DNA of 13,624 nt. It comes from a bacterium (GTDB lineage: Bacteria > Patescibacteriota > Patescibacteriia > Patescibacteriales > JALTFF01). A program made the translations under genes and the position numbers. The stretch's first letter is position 1. The number at the start of each line of letters is the position of its first letter. This document shows, one piece after another, positions 8,207 through 13,624 of this stretch. The stretch lies in the NCBI GenBank assembly GCA_027007465.1, contig JALTFF010000008.1:1-13624 (forward strand), read 5' to 3'. Below the pieces are notes generated by a model. The model had not been told where the DNA came from. It saw only the letters and a program-made list of their open reading frames with translations, and ran no database searches.

Positions 8207-9431
8207 TTTTTCCCTCTTTTTTGCCAGCTGTAAATTTGGCAATTTCTTTTAAAACATCAGGAACATTAGAATTAGAAGAATTTATCTGAGGCCATTGATA
8301 AATATATTTTCCTTCTTTAGGCATTTTTTCAAGTGCCTCAAATTGTCGCCAATTAACAGCTGCCTTAATCGCTTCTTGCTTAGCATCGTTGCCACAAAAT
8401 CCATTGACAATATTCTTTATGTATTTTTCCTTTCCTATGCCCTTTAACTCAAGAGCCTTTTTCTCGCCATTTGCTCTTTCTATTAACGCTAAAGCGTCTA
8501 AATGAGCCTCAATCTGCTTTCCTAAAGCATCTTCTATTTCAGGATTTGCTGTTTCAAGCTCCCCAACTGTTATATCAATAGCGAACAACCCCCATTGATC
8601 TAAAAATAGCTTTTGAGCTATTTTATCTGAGTCTCTTTCTTCTCCTATCTTTTCTGCTCCAAGTACTTCTTTTCTTAGAGCGTTATTTGACTCAGTTCTG
8701 ATATTAGGATTTACATTTGCTATTCCATCTTTTATCTTTCTCTTAATGTCATCAATACTACCAACATTATCTACATTTTCTTTGTATACAAAAAAAGAAA
8801 ACCTGCCAATTACATCTCTCCATCTTGGAAAGATTTGGTCTTTTATTGCTTTGTTAACATGCCTCACAGAAAACAGAAATTTTATTGGATCTTTGACAAT
8901 ATAATACAATGTCAAAGATGTCCTAATTTCTATATTATCTGCTGACTTATAGCAAGGAACTCCGTTAGTAGGATCATACTCTGATTCTTCAGCAGGTATG
9001 ATCTTATCGTCCTTTTTAACCATCTTCGGCTCTTTTGGCGAGTACTTTACAACTTGAACCGCCAAGTCAACTGAATGTAGAGGATTCATAGTGTTTTCTT
9101 GGTCCTCTGGAGTTTTATACCACTCATAAACCTCATAACCTCTCCAAGGAGGTCCCATATAATATAATCCGCCTTCTTTTCCAAGATAAAACTGATTAAA
9201 ATTCTGTTTTTTATATAGCTTTTCAAATTCTATTTTTTGTTCTTCTGATACAGCAAAAACAGCTGTGTCTAATTTTTTATCTCTCATTATTACTATCATT
9301 GTATTATGCGGTACCCTCACATAAAACTTTCCAATATTGCCAAGCGATCTTTTAATTGCTTGCACCTTAATATTCATCCCAAAAATCTCTCCTGCCAATA
9401 TTATTATTAAAACAACAAACAAATACTCCAT
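8184..9431 (-). CDS. SPFH/band-7 (stomatin/flotillin/HflKC-like) membrane protein, divergent.
   Basis: Strong RBS AATAGAGGAGGAAAAGAAA before the ATG at 9431. N-terminal TM helix LFVVLIIILAGEIF. The SPFH core is recognisable: LTLYYIVKDPIKF, WRDVIGRFS, and the C-terminal helical region ETANPEIEDALGKQIEAHLDALALIERANGEKKALELKG, which matches the coiled-coil/EA-rich segment of SPFH proteins. There is an extra insertion of about 80 aa between the first beta-strand region and the core. Confidence 0.7.
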   Translation of the reverse strand: MEYLFVVLIIILAGEIFGMNIKVQAIKRSLGNIGKFYVRVPHNTMIVIMRDKKLDTAVFAVSEEQKIEFEKLYKKQNFNQFYLGKEGGLYYMGPPWRGYEVYEWYKTPEDQENTMNPLHSVDLAVQVVKYSPKEPKMVKKDDKIIPAEESEYDPTNGVPCYKSADNIEIRTSLTLYYIVKDPIKFLFSVRHVNKAIKDQIFPRWRDVIGRFSFFVYKENVDNVGSIDDIKRKIKDGIANVNPNIRTESNNALRKEVLGAEKIGEERDSDKIAQKLFLDQWGLFAIDITVGELETANPEIEDALGKQIEAHLDALALIERANGEKKALELKGIGKEKYIKNIVNGFCGNDAKQEAIKAAVNWRQFEALEKMPKEGKYIYQWPQINSSNSNVPDVLKEIAKFTAGKKEGKNEKDKKD

Positions 9432-9662
9432 TTTCTTTTCCTCCTCTATTTTATTTTATTGTCTTATTTAATTTTTAAAGATCAATATTTAGTAATAGTT
9501 AAAAATAGCACAAATTTATAAAATTGTCAAAAGATCTTGAAAAATTCTTTAAACAAACTACTATACAATGAACACCAAAGCAAGTAGAGCATTGCTTTCT
9601 TTAATGTTCTATTTTATGCATTACGCAAGAAACATTGTTTAAATGATTTTTCAATTATAAAA

Positions 9663-9690
9663 AACTAAGTCGCTATATAGCAACTTAGTT
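9663..9690 (-). terminator. Hairpin terminator candidate (second of a tandem pair) downstream of the small SPW-like ORF.
   Basis: aactaagt (9663-9670) and acttagtt (9683-9690) form a perfect 8-bp inverted repeat around a 12-nt loop. On the minus strand it is followed by UUUUAUAAUUGA. Confidence 0.35.
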
Positions 9691-9707
9691 TATTAATAAT
9701 AGTTAAA

Positions 9708-9747
9708 AATAAAAAAATAGTCTGATATTAATCAGGCTATTTTTTTA
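9708..9747. terminator. Bidirectional intrinsic terminator.
   Basis: atagtctgat (9717-9726) / atta / atcaggctat (9731-9740) gives a 10-bp stem, perfect on the plus strand with one G.U pair, and with one A.C mismatch on the minus strand. It is flanked by an a-run (9708-9716) upstream and t6 (9741-9746) downstream, so there is a U-tail in both orientations. It sits 15 nt past the stop of the 52-aa ORF. Confidence 0.55.
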
Positions 9748-9760
9748 AGTCTGTATATGT

Positions 9761-9919
9761 TTACTTTTCATTTGCGCCCCAAAAGCCTAAAACAGCTACA
9801 ACTGAGCCAACAATTAAATAATTCCAAAGATTACCAGAATCTCCTAATGTTTTAACAATAAAAGCAGAAATAATTAACCAAATGCCGAGTAATCCGTTGA
9901 CAATTGATTGCCACTTCAT
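9761..9919 (-). CDS. Unannotated 52-aa two-TM small membrane protein, SPW-repeat-like. It is absent from the supplied ORF track.
   Basis: ATG at 9919 and TAA at 9761-9763. Translation: MKWQSIVNGLLGIWLIISAFIVKTLGDSGNLWNYLIVGSVVAVLGFWGANEK. It has two internally repeated hydrophobic units (WQxIVNxxLGIWLxxSAF and LWNYLIVGxxxxVLGFWGA) matching, from memory, the W..VN..LG.WL..SPW / WN..I.G......W pattern of SPW-repeat proteins. It is followed by two hairpin terminators. Confidence 0.5.
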   Translation of the reverse strand: MKWQSIVNGLLGIWLIISAFIVKTLGDSGNLWNYLIVGSVVAVLGFWGANEK

Positions 9920-10103
9920 ATTTTTCTTATTTAATTATGAATCTTACTTGAATATATAATCTTTATGTTCAAACAGAATTAGATTGCATAATTAAATATT
10001 ATTAAATTTATTCTTCAGACATTATAATAAAATTTAATATAATGCCTGCTCGACCTTTTTTATAACTGCTAACCGCTTTTTTAAAGCGACATTAGTTGTT
10101 AAT

Positions 10104-10442
10104 TTATTTTAAAAATTTATCTAATAAACTTAAATAATTTTTAATATTTTTTTGGTTTAACCTGTAAAAAATTTTCGCGCCCTGTCTTTCAGATAAAATC
10201 AGTTTAAAGTCTTTTAAAACTCTTAAATGATGTGAGGTTAAATTTTGCGGTAAGCATAAAGATTTCCAAATATGATAAACACATTTTTTATCATCTCTTA
10301 AAATACATAAAATTTTAAAGCGATGTCTTTCAGAAATTATCTTTAAAAAATTTATTATCTTTTCTATGTCTTTATTTAACTTATCTCTTGATTGATTAAC
10401 TGGCTGATTATTTTTCTGTTTCTTATTATTTATTTTCTTCAT
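10104..10442 (-). CDS. ArsR/SmtB-family winged-helix transcriptional regulator with a Lys/Asn-rich N-terminal tail. The start is moved to the ATG at 10442.
   Basis: ISERHRFKILCILRDDKKCVYHIWKSLCLPQNLTSHHLRVLKDFKLILSERQGAKIFYRL matches the ArsR HTH pattern (RxxIL..L...E.CV.....L...Q..VSHHL..L..AGLV...R.G....Y.L). The track start at 10475 is a TTG. A promoter-like extended -10 lies between it and the ATG at 10442, which favours the ATG. Confidence 0.8.
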   Translation of the reverse strand: MKKINNKKQKNNQPVNQSRDKLNKDIEKIINFLKIISERHRFKILCILRDDKKCVYHIWKSLCLPQNLTSHHLRVLKDFKLILSERQGAKIFYRLNQKNIKNYLSLLDKFLK

Positions 10443-10448
10443 AAATTT

Positions 10449-10457
10449 ATTATACCA
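10449..10457 (-). promoter_or_regulatory. Extended -10 (TGgTATAAT) promoter element for the ArsR gene; leaderless geometry.
   Basis: On the minus strand TGGTATAAT (plus 10449-10457) ends 6 nt before the ATG at 10442, so a TSS 7 nt downstream of the -10 coincides with the A of the ATG. A weak -35 TTTTGA lies 17 nt upstream. There is no SD. Confidence 0.35.
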
Positions 10458-10479
10458 TAATTTTTTATTTTTCAAAAGT

Positions 10480-10508
10480 TTATATCAGCGCTTATTGATA
10501 TAATAAGC
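10480..10508. promoter_or_regulatory. Nested inverted repeats in the divergent arsR/yebC control region; candidate operator.
   Basis: TTATATCA (10480-10487) with TGATATAA (10496-10503), and GCTTATT-gatat-AATAAGC (10490-10508). They lie immediately upstream of the arsR -35 region. Confidence 0.3.
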
Positions 10509-10563
10509 TATTTAAAATTCAATGTCAATATCAATGTTAATTATATGTTTCTTCAATTTTTGC

Positions 10564-10591
10564 TTGACGTTTACATCTAAATAGATATAAT
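10564..10591 (+). promoter_or_regulatory. Sigma70-like promoter for the yebC-ruvC(-glgA) unit.
   Basis: TTGACG (10564-10569), a 16-nt spacer, then TATAAT (10586-10591). The predicted TSS is near 10598, about 65 nt upstream of the yebC ATG. Confidence 0.4.
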
Positions 10592-10663
10592 ATAAATATA
10601 ATTACTAAGTAAAAAGAATTTATATTCTCAATAATAAGATTTATTAAATTAAAATATAAAAAT

Positions 10664-11200
10664 ATGAGTGGACATTCTAAATGGTCAACAATTAAACATC
10701 AAAAAGCTATCACTGATATACGCAAAGGAAAAATTTTTAGTAAAATGTCTCAACTAATAGCTATAGCAGCTAAGAATGGAGGAGAAAATCCAGAGTCTAA
10801 TCCTAATCTAAGGCTAGCTATTGAAAAAGCTCACTCTCTTAATATGCCTAAAGAAAAAATAGAAAGAGCAATAAAAAGAGGAGTAGGAAAACTTGAAGGT
10901 GAAAAAATTGAAGAAGTAGTCTATGAAGCTTATTGTCCATTTGGCATAGCTTTAATAATTAAAACTATTACTGATAATAAAAATAGAACTTTGTCTGAAA
11001 TAAGGCATATCTTATCAAAACATCAAGCTAAATTAGCTAAATCTGGAAGCGTTAAATATTTATTTGAAAAAAAAGAAGATAGATGGATAGCTAAATATCC
11101 AATAAATATCAGTAAGGAAAATAAAGAACAATTAAAAAAACTTTTTGATGAATTATCTGAACAAAATGATGTTCAAGAAATGTTTAACAATCTTGAATAA
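10664..11200 (+). CDS. yebC: YebC/PmpR (TACO1) family protein, naturally short: 178 aa versus about 240 aa.
   Basis: MSGHSKWSTIKHQKA (compare E. coli MAGHSKWANIKH), GGENPESNPNLRLAIEKA, RAIKRGVG, and the C-terminal DVQEMFNN (compare E. coli DVQEVYHN). The domain III segment between GSVKYLF and the C-terminal helix is missing. Confidence 0.85.
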   Translation: MSGHSKWSTIKHQKAITDIRKGKIFSKMSQLIAIAAKNGGENPESNPNLRLAIEKAHSLNMPKEKIERAIKRGVGKLEGEKIEEVVYEAYCPFGIALIIKTITDNKNRTLSEIRHILSKHQAKLAKSGSVKYLFEKKEDRWIAKYPINISKENKEQLKKLFDELSEQNDVQEMFNNLE

Positions 11201-11214
11201 ATAATAAATAAATT

Positions 11215-11688
11215 ATGATAATACTTGGAATTGATCCTGGAACAACAATAATCGGTTATGGTATAATTAAGAAAAGTTCAGGCAAAATAATTCCTATTGA
11301 TTATGGTTGCATAAGAACAGAATCTAAATTATTGCAAAGTGAGCAATTAAAAATAATTTATCAAGAAATAAAAAAAATAATTAAAAAATATAAGCCAAAT
11401 AGAGTATCTATTGAAAAAATATTTTTTTCAAAAAATTTAAAAACAGCTATAAGTGTAAGCCAAGCAAGGGGCGTGATTTTATTAGCAGCTGCTGAAATGA
11501 AAATTAAGATTTATGAATTTACTCCATTACAAGTCAAACAAGCAGTGAGTAATTATGGCAAGGCCCAAAAAAAACAAGTCCAGAAAATGGTAAAACTTTT
11601 ATTAGGTTTAGACAAAATTCCAGAACCAGATGATGTAGCTGATGCTTTAGCAATTGCTATATGCGCAAGTAATAAATTTATAGAATAA
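11215..11688 (+). CDS. ruvC: Holliday-junction resolvase RuvC.
   Basis: MIILGIDPGTTIIGYGI (Asp7), IEKIFFSKNLKTAISVSQARG (Glu66 equivalent), PDDVADALAIAICA (Asp138 and Asp141 equivalents). It sits immediately downstream of yebC, as in many bacteria. Confidence 0.9.
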   Translation: MIILGIDPGTTIIGYGIIKKSSGKIIPIDYGCIRTESKLLQSEQLKIIYQEIKKIIKKYKPNRVSIEKIFFSKNLKTAISVSQARGVILLAAAEMKIKIYEFTPLQVKQAVSNYGKAQKKQVQKMVKLLLGLDKIPEPDDVADALAIAICASNKFIE

Positions 11689-11700
11689 TCTAAATATTAT

Positions 11701-11725
11701 AGCTAATTGATTGGCTTATTTTTTT
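11701..11725 (+). terminator. Weak hairpin plus T-run between ruvC and glgA; a partial terminator or attenuator candidate.
   Basis: AGCTAA-ttga-TTGGCT gives a 6-bp stem including one U.G pair, followed by tattttttt (11717-11725). glgA starts 10 nt later and has no room for its own promoter, so read-through is expected. Confidence 0.3.
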
Positions 11726-11734
11726 ATATAATTT

Positions 11735-13216
11735 ATGTTTGAAAAATTAAAAATTGTCTCTATAAGTTCTGAAGTTTCTCCTTTTTCTAAAACAGGTGGG
11801 CTGGCTGATGTTGCTAGAAGTTTGCCAATGGCTTTAAAAAAATTAGGCAATGATGTGACTATAATTACTCCGCTTTATGGGAAAATAATTGATAAAGAAA
11901 AATATAATCTTAGAAAAATTGTAAAAAATATACATCTCTACACAAGTAAAACACATCAAACTAACATAAAGATAAATATTTGGCAAGGCTTTTTAGAAAA
12001 AGATTTACCAATTTATTTTATTGAAAATGAAAAATATTTTTCTAGACGAAAAACAATCTATGGTTCTAAGCATGAAAATTTAAGATTTTATTTATTTGAT
12101 TTATCTGCATTAAAATTGCTTTCATATTTAAAAATCAAAGCTGATATTATCCAGTGTCATGATTGGCATACTGGTTTAATCCCCTATCTTCTTAAAAGAG
12201 AGTTTAAATATAGCGATACATTGAAAAATACTGCTACTGTTTTTACAATACATAATTTAGCTTTTCAAATGGGTAGAAATTGGTGGCAAGTGCCTCTTGA
12301 AAAAAAGGATTATGGAAGAAATAAACTTCCTCACTTTGATAGTTCTGACTTAGAATATATAAATTTTGCCAAACGAGGTATTATAAACGCAGATATTATA
12401 AATACTGTGAGTGAGCATTACAGAGAGGAAATAATGACCAAAAAATTTGGCCAAGATTTGCATAGAATATTGCAAAATCGTCAAGATAAATTATTTGGCA
12501 TTATCAATGGCATTGACTATCATGCCTATAATCCTGAAAAAGATCCTGGTTTGGTGAAAAAATTTAATTGGCAAACTCATCAAGAAGGAAAATTAATTTG
12601 TAAAAAATCTTTACAAAAATTATTTAATCTACCCCAGAAAGAAAAAACACCACTTATAGTTGCTACTTCAAGAATTGCTTTTCAAAAAGGATTTGAATTG
12701 TTAATAAATGCCTTAGATCTTATAATGTCTCTTGATTTACAATTGATTATTATGGGAGATGGCGACAGAAACTATATCCACCAAATTAAAAAAATCCAGA
12801 AAAAAAATCCAGAAAAATTAGTCCTATCCCCTTTTAAGCAAAAATATGAAACATCTCTATACGCTGGAGGAGATATTTTTCTTTTACCATCGCACCATGA
12901 ACCATGTGGCATAAATCAACTAATAGCTATGCGCTATGGATGTATCCCAGTAGTAAGAGGAATTGGAGGCCTTTATGATACTGTTTCAGATTACAATGCC
13001 CTTAATGGCAAGGGAAATGGATTTACTTTTAAAAAATTTGAAGTAATTTCATTATATGCTGTAATTATTAAAGCTATTGAAAATTACAAACATCAAAATA
13101 GTTGGAATAAATTGATTGACAAAGTAATGCAACAATCTTATTCTTGGAAAATTCCAGCTCAAAAATATGTTCAATTATTTAAAAAAGCTATAAAAAATCA
13201 TTCTATGCTAAAATAA
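11735..13216 (+). CDS. glgA: Glycogen/starch synthase, ADP-glucose type (GT5).
   Basis: N-terminal KIVSISSEVSPFSKTGGLADV (the KTGGL donor-binding motif), HDWHTG, and a C-terminal GT-B region with HEPCGINQL and RGIGGLYDTV. Confidence 0.9.
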   Translation: MFEKLKIVSISSEVSPFSKTGGLADVARSLPMALKKLGNDVTIITPLYGKIIDKEKYNLRKIVKNIHLYTSKTHQTNIKINIWQGFLEKDLPIYFIENEKYFSRRKTIYGSKHENLRFYLFDLSALKLLSYLKIKADIIQCHDWHTGLIPYLLKREFKYSDTLKNTATVFTIHNLAFQMGRNWWQVPLEKKDYGRNKLPHFDSSDLEYINFAKRGIINADIINTVSEHYREEIMTKKFGQDLHRILQNRQDKLFGIINGIDYHAYNPEKDPGLVKKFNWQTHQEGKLICKKSLQKLFNLPQKEKTPLIVATSRIAFQKGFELLINALDLIMSLDLQLIIMGDGDRNYIHQIKKIQKKNPEKLVLSPFKQKYETSLYAGGDIFLLPSHHEPCGINQLIAMRYGCIPVVRGIGGLYDTVSDYNALNGKGNGFTFKKFEVISLYAVIIKAIENYKHQNSWNKLIDKVMQQSYSWKIPAQKYVQLFKKAIKNHSMLK

Positions 13217-13505
13217 TAAAATATTTCTTGCTTTTCTCATAATTGCATTTATTTTTCATTATGTCCTTTATTGTTCCATTATCCTTAACAAATGGACTAC
13301 CTTAATACTAAAATTTGCTATTCCAAGCAAAGAACTAAGCAATAAATCACTTAAAAAAATGCGCTTTTATCAATAGGCAGGTCTTAGAAAGGAGCTAAAC
13401 TAGTTCAAGATCTCCAAGAATCTTAATTCATTTTTTACATAAAATCAGCTTTTCAATATTCTATGTTATGTATTGCGTATTATAATTTTTTATAAATAAA
13501 AAAAT

Positions 13506-13624
13506 ATGAAATGGATAAATTTTTTACATTTTTACTTGCCGCCAACTTCTTCAGAAGAAATAGTTAAAAAAGTTGCTAAAGAAAGTTATAGTTTTTTAAA
13601 TAATACTTATTTAAATAATAAAAA
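13506..13624 (+). CDS. 5' end of a gene truncated by the window edge. There is a weak resemblance to the N-terminus of GH57-family alpha-glucan enzymes.
   Basis: The ATG at 13506 opens an ORF running off the window: MKWINFLHFYLPPTSSEEIVKKVAKESYSFLNNTYLNNK. FLHFYLPP...ESYSFL loosely resembles the GH57 branching/AmyC-type N-terminus FVLHxHLPYV...ETYxPLL, as recalled from memory. Its position after glgA is consistent with glucan metabolism. Confidence 0.3.
   Translation, partial: MKWINFLHFYLPPTSSEEIVKKVAKESYSFLNNTYLNNK

Noticed and set aside
8207-8242. TTG at 8242 as the start of the 3-TM protein.
   Set aside because: It has no SD. The ATG at 8206 is preceded by an AGAGGGA SD and gives a smaller overlap with the SPFH gene.
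10443-10475. TTG at 10475 as the ArsR start.
   Set aside because: An extended -10 promoter element lies between it and the ATG at 10442, so the TTG would be upstream of the TSS.
12787-12818. Near-tandem repeat aaaaaaatccag x2 with A7/A8 tracts inside glgA, as a possible phase-variation site.
   Set aside because: Both copies are in frame and encode sensible KKIQKKNPEK sequence. A7-A8 runs are expected by chance in DNA this AT-rich, and there is no sign of a frameshifted paralogue.
1-13624. Search for CRISPR arrays, tRNA/rRNA genes, transposases/integrases or prophage boundaries.
   Set aside because: No periodically spaced direct repeats were found, and no GTTCGAAT-type T-loop or cloverleaf candidates. 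No recombinase-like ORFs or flanking direct or inverted repeats were seen. The window looks like ordinary chromosomal backbone plus the SPFH module.

Overview
This is an AT-rich fragment (roughly 30% GC by eye) with short intergenic spacers and the standard genetic code, since TGA terminates the deaminase gene at 3625. Gene content and protein sizes suggest a small, reduced bacterial genome, possibly CPR/Parcubacteria-like, but this is inference. On the minus strand, 3' to 5' in window coordinates, sit rpoB, an adenosine-deaminase-family amidohydrolase, a naturally CBS-less IMP dehydrogenase, folD and a lone TrbC/VirB2-like pilin. Next comes a three-gene operon with canonical GGAGG ribosome sites, reading SPFH/band-7 protein then a 3-TM protein then a 4-TM protein with a beta-rich C-terminal domain, and it is closed by a strong intrinsic terminator. 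A 670-bp gene-poor spacer follows, holding an unannotated 52-aa two-TM SPW-repeat-like ORF and two hairpin terminators, and then an ArsR-family regulator. On the plus strand are a truncated yebC, ruvC, glgA and the 5' end of a further gene. I saw no tRNA, rRNA, CRISPR array, transposase or integrase. The most promising candidate for an undescribed system is the SPFH-plus-two-membrane-partner operon. Also worth follow-up are the Asp-to-Gly-substituted deaminase next to CBS-less IMPDH (a putative AMP to IMP to XMP salvage route), the gene-poor spacer, and a recurring leaderless-type promoter geometry with TATAAT 5-7 nt from the ATG.
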